A stretch of 41,351 bases of DNA from the IMG/VR virus record IMGVR_UViG_2711768015_000005. The stretch is one strand, 5' to 3'. This DNA is from a virus. Its lineage: Duplodnaviria > Heunggongvirae > Uroviricota > Caudoviricetes. The position numbers were made by a program, and so were the translations under genes. Shown here piece by piece: positions 1 through 9,063 of this stretch (positions are counted from its first letter, which is position 1; every line of letters begins with the position of its first letter). The notes beneath the pieces were generated by a model. The model had not been told where the DNA came from. It saw nothing but the letters and a program-made list of their open reading frames with translations, and ran no database searches.

Positions 1-1
1 G

Positions 2-103
2 GAATACATTGAGATTTTCTACAATCGTCAGCGTCGTCACTCTCGTCTGGGGAATATCTCCCCGGCAGCCTTCAGGGAAAAATATCATCAGATGGCTGCT
101 TAA
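2..103 (+). mobile_element. 3' fragment of an IS3-family transposase gene (OrfB C-terminus), running off the window start
   Basis: Frame-2 translation EYIEIFYNRQRRHSRLGNISPAAFREKYHQMAA* resembles the conserved C-terminal tail of IS3-family rve transposases; stop at 101-103. Confidence 0.55.
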
Positions 104-114
104 AAAAAGAACAA

Positions 115-345
115 ATGGTAGTGTCCGCTATTGCCAGTACACCTCAGCTATTACCTTCTTCAGAGAGCCCCCAGCTACTTCCTGTGACTCTCGATGCAGC
201 TGCCGAACAGCCAGAATCGCTCGCAGAGGACCCGAAAACCCTCAGTATCAGCTGTGAGGTAACGTTCCGGCACGGGACGCTCCGCTTCAATGGCAATGTC
301 AGCGAAAAGCTCCTGACTCTGCTGATACAGGAACTGAAGCGATGA
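115..345 (+). CDS. IS66-family orf1 accessory protein, probably 5'-truncated
   Basis: C-terminus ...GTLRFNGNVSEKLLTLLIQELKR; its stop overlaps the next ORF's start in an ATGA junction (342-345), the usual IS66 orf1-orf2 coupling; too short for a full orf1 and no room for a left IR after the IS3 fragment. Confidence 0.55.
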   Translation: MVVSAIASTPQLLPSSESPQLLPVTLDAAAEQPESLAEDPKTLSISCEVTFRHGTLRFNGNVSEKLLTLLIQELKR

Positions 346-665
346 TCCCGTTACCTTCCGGGATCAAAATTTGGCTGGTTGCCGGTATCACCGATATGAG
401 AAATGGCTTCAACGGCCTGGCTGCGAAAGTACAGACGGCGCTGAAAGACGATCCCATGTCCGGCCATGTTTTCATTTTCCGGGGCCGCAGCGGCAGTCAG
501 GTTAAACTGCTGTGGTCCACCAGTGACGGACTGTGCCTCCTGACCAAACGGCTGGAGCGTGGGCGCTTCGCCTGGCCGTCAGCCCGTGATGGCAAAGTGT
601 TCCTTACACAGGCGCAGCTGGCGATGCTGCTGGAAGGTATCGACTGGCGACATATAACCAGGTGA
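342..665 (+). CDS. tnpB: IS66-family TnpB (orf2)
   Basis: 107 aa MIPLPSGIKIWLVAGITDMRNGFNGLAAKVQ...; characteristic IS66 orf2 N-terminal motif and size. Confidence 0.85.
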   Translation: MIPLPSGIKIWLVAGITDMRNGFNGLAAKVQTALKDDPMSGHVFIFRGRSGSQVKLLWSTSDGLCLLTKRLERGRFAWPSARDGKVFLTQAQLAMLLEGIDWRHITR

Positions 666-830
666 ATCATTTGATACCGACAAGGGGTTTAGTGAAAGGA
701 GGTGAAATCACCTGTAAGATACTGAAATAAAACAGGTGATGGCTAGATGTGCGGATAAGGTCTATTTGATACCGATTGTGCAATAATTAGTCATTTATTA
801 TAAAATCGGCAACTCATTTGATACTGTGGT
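666..830. promoter_or_regulatory. Left prophage end (attL-like) with three repeated candidate transposase-binding sites
   Basis: ATTTGATACCGA at about 669-680 and 765-776, and ATTTGATACTG at 815-825; inverted copies at the right end. Confidence 0.6.
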
Positions 831-898
831 TTTAGTCTTTTAAGGCGTTCCAAACAATGCGAAATACTCGATATAGTGCAAAATGCGGGCTAATGCTA

Positions 899-1444
899 TT
901 AACCCGCTTTTGGTTCTACCGCGTTAGATTTGCGACTTCTCTCAGTTTCTTCCAAAATCTCTCTGACGCGTTCGTCAGACATACCTTCAAGCTGTAATGC
1001 AGCTATTCTTTTCCTTCCTTCTAAGCGGATTAGATCTTGATTTTCAGGCTCTAACAACCGAGCTAAGTACTTGGCTCCATTCAGAACCAAATTTTTCGAT
1101 AGCTGCTCTAAGTCTTTTTCATCAAGTGCGCTGATAATCGTCATAATTATCTTCTTGCTTTCATCTTGATTTTCCTTGATCTCACACCGATTCACTTGTG
1201 ATGCATCACTGAATCCACATAGCCACTCAACACTTACTCCTTCGATAGACGCAATCTGAAGGGCGACACTTAAGGATGGCTCAGTGCCACGAGACAGATA
1301 ATTGTTTAGTGTTGAAAATGAAAGCCCCCAATCTCTTGCTGCAGCTCTGACGCTGCGGGAGCCAATCAGCCTTTTCAGACGCTCAGCAATGCTTTCTTTT
1401 CTACCACCAGGAAAAGAAAGAGATGTTGTTGTTTGCTTGTTCAT
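899..1444 (-). CDS. Prophage repressor, CI-like with XRE-type HTH (Mu c position)
   Basis: 181 aa, leftward and divergent from ner/A/B; HTH-like segment VRAAARDWGLSFSTLNNYLSRGTEPSLSVALQIASIEGVSVEWLCGF. Confidence 0.6.
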   Translation of the reverse strand: MNKQTTTSLSFPGGRKESIAERLKRLIGSRSVRAAARDWGLSFSTLNNYLSRGTEPSLSVALQIASIEGVSVEWLCGFSDASQVNRCEIKENQDESKKIIMTIISALDEKDLEQLSKNLVLNGAKYLARLLEPENQDLIRLEGRKRIAALQLEGMSDERVREILEETERSRKSNAVEPKAG

Positions 1445-1629
1445 TTTCTTTTCTTCCTATCAATTTGAAATTATTAACTTTTAGTGTTGTCAGCAACCAT
1501 TGATCCACAATAGACAAAAGAAAGATGTTTTTTTTGCTTTACATGAAGCAGAAGTGGATCAATACTTATATCAAACTTGATAACTAAGTTTAGTTATCAA
1601 ATTTCGTAACTTTTTAGGATAGATGAATC
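1445..1629. promoter_or_regulatory. Divergent early promoter/operator region between repressor and ner
   Basis: Palindrome TTGATAACTAA-GT-TTAGTTATCAA at 1577-1600 containing the Ner-type CTAAGT core; GATC-containing inverted repeats ATTGATCCAC (1499-1508) and GTGGATCAAT (1554-1563). Confidence 0.55.
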
Positions 1630-1860
1630 ATGGCGAGAAATGAAGTTAAGCCTGATTGGCATCCTCAAAGAATTTTGGGGGAAGTCAGAGCCAGAGAAGG
1701 AAGCATGAGGGCGCTGGCCCGTAAAGCTGGCGTGGGTCAGAACAATCTGTACAACGCGGTATACCGCCATGTTCCCAAGTATGAGGGGATTATCGCGGAA
1801 TGCCTGGGGGTGCCGCCCGAGGAGATTTGGCCCAGCCGCTACATTCGTAAGGTCGCGTAA
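1630..1860 (+). CDS. ner: Ner-like DNA-binding protein (Ner/Nlp family)
   Basis: 76 aa; ...DWHPQRILGEVRAREGSMRALARKAGVGQNNLYNAVYRHVPKYEGIIAECLGVPPEEIWPSRY closely parallels Mu Ner (DWH...LS...AL...P.GE.IIA..L...PE.IWPSRY). Confidence 0.85.
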   Translation: MARNEVKPDWHPQRILGEVRAREGSMRALARKAGVGQNNLYNAVYRHVPKYEGIIAECLGVPPEEIWPSRYIRKVA

Positions 1861-1862
1861 TT

Positions 1863-3950
1863 ATGTTTGCTTCAGTTAAAGAACTGGTTGGATTACCGGG
1901 GATGCCGGGAACGGAGCAAGGCGTTCGCTATTCAATCAGGAAGTATGCAACCAGCGAAACCAGCAGACGCCGCAAGAAAGGCGCTAAAGGTTTTGAATAC
2001 AGCATTGACTGTTTACCTGAAGTGACACAGCAGGCATTACGCGAACGTTATGCCCTGCAACTGATGACGCAAAAAGCCGATGAATCACCGGCTCCGGTGG
2101 TGACAAAGGCCAGACGCTCGTCTGCCGTGGTTGATGCGGTGGAGGCATATCGCGGATCACCACAACTGATGGTCGAACGCCTCAATGCCCTGACTGAAAA
2201 CCAGCGCCAGGTGGCAGACGCACGCATTGCGATCGTCAGTGAGGTGCTGAAATTCACGCAACAACCCGGTTTCAGCTGCGCTAAAGCTATCCGGTTCCTC
2301 GTTAACAGCCTGGCACGATCACAACTGGACGAGCGCATTGTGGCAATGGTTGAGACGGCGAACGCCAAAAAGGGAAACAGCCGCGCGTTGAGTGAAATCA
2401 CGCTGAAACGCTGGATTGCGGCCTTTAACAAGGCACAGAACGCCGCTGAACGCCTGCTTTTACTGGCACCGGGTAAACGCCAGGAAATAAAAGCCGAAGA
2501 TATTAACTGGCTGCCCGAATTTCTGGCGCAGTATCGCCAGTCAAACGGCCGACCAATGACCGAGGCTTACGAGGATTTTGTTGCTGAATGGCAGCACCGG
2601 CACGCTGATGAGCCTTATATGCTCGATATCATGCCCTCTTATGACACCATTCGCCGCGCAATGAAGAAACTGCCGGAAGTGGTGAAACAAAAAGGCCGGG
2701 TAACTGGCAGTGAATACCGTCAGCTTGAGGGATTCACGCGCCGCGACTGGTCCAGAATGCCGGTGAATTATGTCTGGATTGGTGACGGTCACGGCATGAA
2801 GCTGAAATGCGCGCACCCGGTTCACGGGCGGCCATTCGCACCGGAAGTGACCTTTGTTATCGACGGTGGCACGCGCTTTGTGGTGGGCTGGAGCCTTGAC
2901 CTGGCTGAAAATGTTTTCGCCGTAGCCGGTGCCATACAGCACGGTATTCGCCATCATGGCAAACCGTTTCTGTATTACTCGGATAATGGCTCCGGGGAAA
3001 CCGCCGACGTCCTGGATAAGGAGATTGTGGGGATACTGCCACGACTGGGGATTAATCACCCGACAGGGATTGCCGGTAATCCGCAGGGACGGGGCATTAT
3101 CGAACGGCTTAACCGCACATTACCGATGCGCATAGCCCGTAAATACCGCACCTATTTCGGGAAAGGAGCAGATCGCGAGACGTTACGTAAAACCAACCGC
3201 GATTTACGCTCGGCATTCAGTGCCCTGCAACAGGGCAAACGGCTGAACGCCCGGCAGCAGTCAGCGATGCGTGATTTACCGTCCTGGTCTGAACTGATTG
3301 ATGCCATTCGTGACGGTGTTGAGTGGTACAACAACCGGCCGCACGATGAATTACCCATGAAGCCGAACGGTAAACATTACAGCCCGGCGGAGTTCAGAAA
3401 AAAACGCCTGGCGGAAGAGGACACGGAAATTGAATGGCTGTCCGATGTTGAACTGCGGGATATGTTCCGGCCGATGGTGGAGCGCCCTGTAAGACGCTGT
3501 GAAATACGCTGGCTGAATAATATTTACTACGCGCCCGAGCTGCGTGACGAGCATGGCCGTAAGGTACTTATCAGCTATGACATTCATGATGCCGAACGAA
3601 TTACCGTGCGCCGCCCGGATGGCAGCGTGATTTGCGAGGCGGTATGGGACGGCAATAAACGCGAAGCCTTCCCTGTCAGCGCGGAATACTACAAACAGCA
3701 GCAGCGCCTTAAAGGCATGCGTAAACGCGCAGAGGAAAAAATCCGTGATGCCGAGGATGAGGTTGTCAACGTGCTGGAGCACAAGCCGCAGGAGCCCTGG
3801 CTGGAAAACATATACCGCCCTGTGGGTAATACGGTGACCGTTCAGCAACCGGTCGCTGACGATGAACCTGATGAAGAATACGAGCGTAATTTCCAGCGGG
3901 GATTGCAACTGCTCGAAGCGAAATTAAAAGAAAGTGATCCGCTGGCCTGA
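1863..3950 (+). CDS. A: Mu-type DDE transposase A
   Basis: 695 aa immediately after ner; central rve-like core with acidic residues in VWIGDGHGMKL ... YYSDNGSGE; size and position as MuA. Confidence 0.9.
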   Translation: MFASVKELVGLPGMPGTEQGVRYSIRKYATSETSRRRKKGAKGFEYSIDCLPEVTQQALRERYALQLMTQKADESPAPVVTKARRSSAVVDAVEAYRGSPQLMVERLNALTENQRQVADARIAIVSEVLKFTQQPGFSCAKAIRFLVNSLARSQLDERIVAMVETANAKKGNSRALSEITLKRWIAAFNKAQNAAERLLLLAPGKRQEIKAEDINWLPEFLAQYRQSNGRPMTEAYEDFVAEWQHRHADEPYMLDIMPSYDTIRRAMKKLPEVVKQKGRVTGSEYRQLEGFTRRDWSRMPVNYVWIGDGHGMKLKCAHPVHGRPFAPEVTFVIDGGTRFVVGWSLDLAENVFAVAGAIQHGIRHHGKPFLYYSDNGSGETADVLDKEIVGILPRLGINHPTGIAGNPQGRGIIERLNRTLPMRIARKYRTYFGKGADRETLRKTNRDLRSAFSALQQGKRLNARQQSAMRDLPSWSELIDAIRDGVEWYNNRPHDELPMKPNGKHYSPAEFRKKRLAEEDTEIEWLSDVELRDMFRPMVERPVRRCEIRWLNNIYYAPELRDEHGRKVLISYDIHDAERITVRRPDGSVICEAVWDGNKREAFPVSAEYYKQQQRLKGMRKRAEEKIRDAEDEVVNVLEHKPQEPWLENIYRPVGNTVTVQQPVADDEPDEEYERNFQRGLQLLEAKLKESDPLA

Positions 3951-4023
3951 AATAAAAAAATAACCCGAGGGGTGACTCAGGTTATTTGAGGTTTCAGTCT
4001 CGGAGAATGCTGTCTCAAGCGAG

Positions 4024-4965
4024 GTGAATAATATGACCGATATTAACGATGTAATCAAGACCATTGATGAACTTATTGATGGCGGCGTACTGACGCAGTA
4101 TGCCATCGCCAGAGAGGCGGGAATTTCCGACGGCACATTATCGGCTTTCCGTAAGGGAAAATATAAAGGCGATAACGCTGCTGTGGCTGCTTCCCTGCGC
4201 TCCTGGTATGAGAACTGGAATAAACAAAGCGCACTGCCGGAACCGCCGCAGTTTGTGGAAACTCAGACAGTCCAGGAGCTGCGCGCACTGTTTCAGGCGG
4301 TTCGCCTGATGGGCTGTATTAACGTTATTGTGGGCGTACCGGGTGTGGGTAAAACGGCCACTGCCCGTAATTACTGCCAGGAGCAACCAAACACCTGGAT
4401 GATCACCCTGTCACCCGCGCACTCCAGCGTCACGGAGTGTCTGCTGGAGCTGGCCGATGCGCTGGGGATTGATTACACCCGCGCGAACAAAGGGGCATTA
4501 TCCCGCGCCATCCGCCGTCGCCTGATGGGAACGCGTGGACTGGTGATTGTGGATGAGGCGGATCATCTTGGTATTGACGGTCTGGAGCAACTCCGGGCAA
4601 TTCAGGACGCCACGGGGATCGGGATGGTGCTTATTGGTAACCCGCGCGGATTGTTTAAAGGTGGACGCCGCGCCTTTGATGATTTATCGCGCCTGTTCAG
4701 CCGTCTTGCCCGTACAAAACAACTTCGCAAGGCCAAAAAGGCGGATGTGCTGGCCATTGCCATGGCGTGGGGGATCAGTGGTGAGGCCGAGCTGGCCGTC
4801 ATGCAGGCTATCGCTGAAAAGCCGGGAGCGTTACGCGTTCTGACACATACGCTTAACCAGGCGTGGCTCACCGCCAGCGGTGAAGGCGCGGCGCTGACAG
4901 AAAAACATATTAATGCGGCCTTTAAAGAGGTTTATACCAACCCTGAATTACTCTCACAGGTGTGA
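4024..4965 (+). CDS. B: Mu B-like transposition ATPase / target DNA activator
   Basis: 313 aa; Walker A GVPGVGKT, Walker B LVIVDEADHL; near-colinear similarity to MuB (PEPPQFVETQTV, KPGALRVL). Confidence 0.9.
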   Translation: MNNMTDINDVIKTIDELIDGGVLTQYAIAREAGISDGTLSAFRKGKYKGDNAAVAASLRSWYENWNKQSALPEPPQFVETQTVQELRALFQAVRLMGCINVIVGVPGVGKTATARNYCQEQPNTWMITLSPAHSSVTECLLELADALGIDYTRANKGALSRAIRRRLMGTRGLVIVDEADHLGIDGLEQLRAIQDATGIGMVLIGNPRGLFKGGRRAFDDLSRLFSRLARTKQLRKAKKADVLAIAMAWGISGEAELAVMQAIAEKPGALRVLTHTLNQAWLTASGEGAALTEKHINAAFKEVYTNPELLSQV

Positions 4966-5189
4966 TTATGGCGGTATTTAATATTCCTGATATTTACGGA
5001 CGCTTTTACCTGGTTAATTTCGATAACGTGAAGGTGATTTCACTGGCCGAAAATAAAGAATGTGGCGATTTACTTTTTGAATTTAATGACCGCACACGAA
5101 TGGTGATATCTGCCGGACTTGATCGCGAAGGTGCGACAGAAGTTTACAGCGGAATATGCCGTTCTGTTGGTGCGAAACAAGTCAGCTAA
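4962..5189 (+). CDS. Small early protein in the Mu kil position
   Basis: 75 aa ORF with start overlapping B stop (GTGA); position matches kil; no recognisable motif. Confidence 0.4.
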   Translation: MIMAVFNIPDIYGRFYLVNFDNVKVISLAENKECGDLLFEFNDRTRMVISAGLDREGATEVYSGICRSVGAKQVS

Positions 5190-5456
5190 ATGAGGTGTTA
5201 TATGAATATGCAATCCTGCGGTAACAAAATGAATTTATTCGACTCCCTGAACAGCGCGCGCCGTCTGACCGAACTTGCCGGTGCGGTACTGGAACGCAGT
5301 AAGCGCTATCCGCAACGTTTTGCACTGAAAACCACGCCGCCGGTAGGCAACGTGCAGGGAACCGGTGAAATTGAAATCACCATACAGACCAACGGCCTGC
5401 GCCGCCGTGTGAAGGCCACCCGCATCAGCGGCTGCACGGTTTACTGGGAGGTGTGA
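5190..5456 (+). CDS. Hypothetical early protein
   Basis: 88 aa ORF translationally coupled (TAAATG) to the preceding ORF; start may be an internal ATG (5202 or 5229). Confidence 0.4.
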   Translation: MRCYMNMQSCGNKMNLFDSLNSARRLTELAGAVLERSKRYPQRFALKTTPPVGNVQGTGEIEITIQTNGLRRRVKATRISGCTVYWEV

Positions 5457-5457
5457 G

Positions 5458-5739
5458 GTGAAAAAAAATCTCATTGCATGGGCGTGGTCGAGTGGTCTTA
5501 TTGAGTTTGGTTACGTCCTGCCGGAAGGTGCATTGCCGATAGTTGCCGGAAAGCCTGCCACGGTACGGCATGTGATTGAGGTTATGGCGCGTCATGGACG
5601 TGATGAACAGGAGCAGTTACTGGTTCCGGGGATACCGGAAGCGGTGACGGAGGAAGAAGCCTTTAATGCCATGATTCGGTTCTGCCGTGAGGTTAGACGC
5701 CGGGTCAGTTATCCAAACAGAACGAGGACCAGAGGATGA
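5458..5739 (+). CDS. Hypothetical early protein
   Basis: 93 aa ORF, GTG start overlapping previous stop. Confidence 0.4.
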   Translation: MKKNLIAWAWSSGLIEFGYVLPEGALPIVAGKPATVRHVIEVMARHGRDEQEQLLVPGIPEAVTEEEAFNAMIRFCREVRRRVSYPNRTRTRG

Positions 5740-6008
5740 GTAAAGTCGTACGCATTATTTTCGAATACAAGGAAGATGTTATCTGCAAAAACTCTGATGG
5801 CAGCACGCACAGAGGGGTAAGTCTGGATATACGTTCAACCGGAATAAAGAAGAAAGATAATGGACCCGCCATGATTTTTGGGGTGGTTATGCTGGCAGAA
5901 AGCAGAAACTTCGCAGAGTTTGTGGCAATGAAAGCCAGTGCATTCATGAAAGACAGAGGCATGGCTTCCGGGGTTATTAACGGTAATGAATTTAATCAAC
6001 AGGGGTAA
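5736..6008 (+). CDS. Hypothetical early protein, tandem paralogue 1
   Basis: 90 aa, MSKVVRIIFEY...; SD-like AGAGGA upstream; N-terminus shared with the next ORF. Confidence 0.5.
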   Translation: MSKVVRIIFEYKEDVICKNSDGSTHRGVSLDIRSTGIKKKDNGPAMIFGVVMLAESRNFAEFVAMKASAFMKDRGMASGVINGNEFNQQG

Positions 6009-6012
6009 TTCC

Positions 6013-6306
6013 ATGAGCAAAGTACGCGTTATTTTTGAATTTAATCATGTTTCGCATGACGAAAAGTTGGCAGGCAATGACTGTGTTGAAGTGCATGAAA
6101 AGATTGGAGTGGATGTGAAAACAGAACGTGATACGGATAACAGGCCGACGTCACTCTGTGACGTTTATGCAAGTATTCTCCAGTATCACAGTCCTGCAAT
6201 TATTCAGTTTCTCTCAGCGGAATTTCAGGCATCTGCACAGTCTTTTGGAGCGGATGCCATCATTAAACGCCACCGCGTGCATAAAGCATCAGGCACACTG
6301 CAATAA
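6013..6306 (+). CDS. Hypothetical early protein, tandem paralogue 2
   Basis: 97 aa from ATG 6013, MSKVRVIFEF...; N-terminus shared with the preceding ORF. Confidence 0.5.
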   Translation: MSKVRVIFEFNHVSHDEKLAGNDCVEVHEKIGVDVKTERDTDNRPTSLCDVYASILQYHSPAIIQFLSAEFQASAQSFGADAIIKRHRVHKASGTLQ

Positions 6307-6317
6307 GGAAAAACAAA

Positions 6318-6848
6318 ATGGCTAAACGCGTTACAAAATTAAAGGCCGCAGCCGAGGCGGCACCGCAGACCCGGGAAGAAGTCAGCCGTGATATCCGCAC
6401 CCTGGGAGATATTCAGCGAGAGGCGCTGCGCCTGGAAACGGCGATGAATGACGAAGTGGCAGAAATCACCGCCCGTTATACGCCGCAGATTGAAAATCTT
6501 AAAAAGCAAATCAAAGTGCTTTTTAAAGGGATTCAGGACTGGTGCAAAACCAACCGTGATGAGCTGACGAACGGCGGCAAAACCAAAACAGCCAATCTGA
6601 CCACCGGAACGGTGTCATGGCGGCTGGGAACGCCATCATGCAGCGTCAGCCGTGATGTGGAAGGTGTGATTGAAATGCTGCGCCGTATGGGGCTTGAGCG
6701 TTTCATCCGCACGAAAGAGGAAGTGAACAAGGAAGCCGTCCTGGCGGAGCCGGATGCTGTGAAAGGCATTGCCGGTATCAAGGTGAATAAAGGCGCTGAA
6801 AGTTTTTATGTCGAGCCTTTTGAACAGGACGCCGGACTGAATAAATAA
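6318..6848 (+). CDS. gam: Gam-like host-nuclease inhibitor (Mu Gam, Ku-like DNA end-binding protein)
   Basis: 176 aa; QREALRLETAMNDEVAEIT, NRDELTNGGKTKTANLTTGTVSWR, RFIRTKEEVNKEA, PFEQDAG parallel Mu Gam. Confidence 0.9.
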   Translation: MAKRVTKLKAAAEAAPQTREEVSRDIRTLGDIQREALRLETAMNDEVAEITARYTPQIENLKKQIKVLFKGIQDWCKTNRDELTNGGKTKTANLTTGTVSWRLGTPSCSVSRDVEGVIEMLRRMGLERFIRTKEEVNKEAVLAEPDAVKGIAGIKVNKGAESFYVEPFEQDAGLNK

Positions 6849-6993
6849 CACCGCATTAATCAATTAAATATCACTTCATTTTAATTATGGCGCTCGCGTC
6901 AGGGGACTGCTTGCGCCTGAAAACAGAAAATAAGGGTTAAGAAATATGAAATACGTTTATATCGTCATTAATAATGTGGTGGGGAAATAAATC

Positions 6994-7527
6994 ATGATTG
7001 ATGCAAAAGTGCTTGAAGGGGTTAAAAACTGGCTGTGTATTTATGGCCGCCTGACCTGCGGTGTACTGGCTGAAAAAATGAATATGCCGCCATCCTCCAT
7101 GGTTTATTTTCTGCGTGATGCGGTTGATGCAGGCGTGCTGACGGAATGTAACGGTTTTTATGATATTCCGCGTCCCCGCCCGGTGCAGCCGGTTCGTCGC
7201 AAATGCAGCCAGGAATCTGCGGCTGATGATGTTCAGTGGTGCGGCTTCAGAAAATCCCTGCCATGGATTGAGGGGCATGATATTCCGTCGATGGCGTGGG
7301 AATTTGCTCAGGGCGTTCTGACCTGTGAAACCGTTTATGTGGTGGCTGAAGTTGATGAGCAGGCCATGAAAGAAGGCGTGCCCCAGTTTGTGATGGCGTA
7401 TATCGACATACGCCTGGGCGTCATTATCTGCGGTTTAAGCGGCTGGAATATCACTGAACATGTTCTGCGCTACCTGATTGTTGACCGGACAGCAGCGCCT
7501 GCCGGGATATCTGCGGAGGTGGCGTAA
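6994..7527 (+). CDS. Hypothetical early protein
   Basis: 177 aa ORF, co-directional; no recognised motif. Confidence 0.45.
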   Translation: MIDAKVLEGVKNWLCIYGRLTCGVLAEKMNMPPSSMVYFLRDAVDAGVLTECNGFYDIPRPRPVQPVRRKCSQESAADDVQWCGFRKSLPWIEGHDIPSMAWEFAQGVLTCETVYVVAEVDEQAMKEGVPQFVMAYIDIRLGVIICGLSGWNITEHVLRYLIVDRTAAPAGISAEVA

Positions 7528-8042
7528 TGTTCTTTAAAACATCAAACCCTTCCGCGCTGGCTGCGTGGCAAAAATACCAGCAGGACTGCCAGAAAGTTAA
7601 GGATGAGGCAAAACGCCTTGAGGCCGTGCTGAATGTTGCGTGCCGGTCGGTATTTGTATCCGGTATCAGTGGATTTTACTTTAAGGGACTGCGTTTTACG
7701 GAGGACAAATATCCTTTTCATCGCGACTTATGGCGAAAACCGACTGCGTCGAATGGCTGGAGCTGCACACCGCGCACATCACGTATCCCTAAAACCCTGC
7801 GTGTTGCCTCTGATGAACTGAACAGTCTGTGGCGTGAATATTCGCCCGTCACGTATGCCAGAACCGATGCGCTGTTGTTCTGGTTGGGTATTGATTTCTC
7901 GGCAATCCTGTTTGGCCCTGTGAAGTGGTTCTGCGTTGACGATGTGATTTACCTTCAGTGCGGCGTAAAACCCGCAAAACAGAAAATGACCGAAATACTG
8001 TCTGATGAGTTTTATGCTGCTGAAAAGCGAGTCAGGGGGTGA
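7527..8042 (+). CDS. Hypothetical early protein
   Basis: 171 aa ORF, start overlaps previous stop. Confidence 0.45.
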   Translation: MFFKTSNPSALAAWQKYQQDCQKVKDEAKRLEAVLNVACRSVFVSGISGFYFKGLRFTEDKYPFHRDLWRKPTASNGWSCTPRTSRIPKTLRVASDELNSLWREYSPVTYARTDALLFWLGIDFSAILFGPVKWFCVDDVIYLQCGVKPAKQKMTEILSDEFYAAEKRVRG

Positions 8043-8045
8043 TGC

Positions 8046-8597
8046 ATGATGAAATTACAACCCATGGGACTAAAAGGTCGCGCCCCCGCTCATGTCCGTC
8101 CGTGGACACCTGAAGAAGATGCGCTGCTGATTGCGCTTTATTCATCCACCCCGGTTAAGGATATTGCTGCCAGAATAAAAAGAACTGTCTGGGCTGTATA
8201 TAACCGGACTGGTGTATTGCGCAGTTCATACCCGGAGTTACTGAAATATAAACACCCAAGATTTACACCTGATGAAGATAAGTTTATTCGAAAAAATGCC
8301 AGAACAATGACCTGCCAGCAAATGGGAGAATATCTCGGACGTAATAAAGATTCTGTCAGATGTCGGGCAGGAATGATTGGTGCTGGATTAACAAAGTGCG
8401 GAGAGTTACGCCCCGGCACGCGCATATCTGATGATGATGTACGTCTTATACGTGAGCTGCGTGATTCCGATTACCCACGCCGTCTGTCATTCCGGGAAAT
8501 TGGCGAAAAGTTTGGAATATCTGAACATTCTGCTCACGCAGTTTATTACCGTCGCCGGACTGCCGAGGACGCTGTATTACGGGAGTTAACGCCATGA
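8046..8597 (+). CDS. DNA-binding protein with three tandem Myb/SANT-like helix-turn-helix repeats
   Basis: 183 aa; three ~55-aa repeats each opening with a W/F-T-P-E/D-E-D-x-x-L signature (WTPEEDALLIAL, FTPDEDKFIRKN, ISDDDVRLIREL). Confidence 0.5.
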   Translation: MMKLQPMGLKGRAPAHVRPWTPEEDALLIALYSSTPVKDIAARIKRTVWAVYNRTGVLRSSYPELLKYKHPRFTPDEDKFIRKNARTMTCQQMGEYLGRNKDSVRCRAGMIGAGLTKCGELRPGTRISDDDVRLIRELRDSDYPRRLSFREIGEKFGISEHSAHAVYYRRRTAEDAVLRELTP

Positions 8598-8926
8598 TAA
8601 CGACCTTATTTGTTGAATCAGATGAACCTCTTGTGTGTGCCGCCGGAATGCCGCTCTGTGGCGGAACGCTGACCGGCGTTTATTTCGGGGATTTGCGCGG
8701 TTATCCCTGGCATTCACTGGATGACGCATTTCCGCCTGATATGGAGGCTGTCGTGCTGATTGTTCAGTATGGTGACCAACAGGAACTGCGCATCGGCCAT
8801 ATGGGGTATGAAGGCTTTTTTATTGATGAAGAAACCGGAGCCTGCCTTGAAGATGAGGACGGACAGGTGACGCACTGGTGCCATCTTTCGGCCTTGCCGG
8901 AATTACAGGGGATACATAATGGATGA
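8594..8926 (+). CDS. Hypothetical early protein
   Basis: 110 aa ORF, start overlaps previous stop. Confidence 0.4.
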   Translation: MITTLFVESDEPLVCAAGMPLCGGTLTGVYFGDLRGYPWHSLDDAFPPDMEAVVLIVQYGDQQELRIGHMGYEGFFIDEETGACLEDEDGQVTHWCHLSALPELQGIHNG

Positions 8927-9062
8927 GCAAATTGTTGAATGTCCCACCTGTGGAAATGAGGACCCGGAGTATCTGAAAGAGTGCCCACATTGTGGTGAGA
9001 TAAAATGTAACCACTGCGATATGGGCGACGACACTGCATGTATAAATTGTGAGGATGAATAA
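8919..9062 (+). CDS. Small zinc-ribbon protein (four CxxC pairs)
   Basis: 47-aa ORF absent from the >=60 aa track: MDEQIVECPTCGNEDPEYLKECPHCGEIKCNHCDMGDDTACINCEDE; ATG 8919 overlaps the upstream stop. Confidence 0.45.
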   Translation: MDEQIVECPTCGNEDPEYLKECPHCGEIKCNHCDMGDDTACINCEDE

Positions 9063-9063
9063 T

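Larger units (their letters stand above)
104..665 (+). mobile_element. Left arm of an IS66-family insertion sequence (orf1-orf2), interrupted downstream by the prophage
   Basis: orf1/orf2 pair on + strand; the expected tnpC start is replaced by prophage end sequence immediately after the orf2 stop. Confidence 0.7.

Noticed and set aside
655-690. Search for a 5-bp target-site duplication flanking the prophage
   Set aside because: No 5-mer is shared between the ~30 bp adjoining the left and right junctions, so no simple-insertion duplication can be claimed; this supports the rearrangement interpretation.
2048-3908. Minus-strand ORFs inside the transposase A gene (2048-2431, 2541-3059, 3351-3908)
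   Set aside because: They lie entirely antisense to a confidently assigned long gene, have no RBS context and low-complexity Arg/Ser/Ala-rich products typical of shadow frames.
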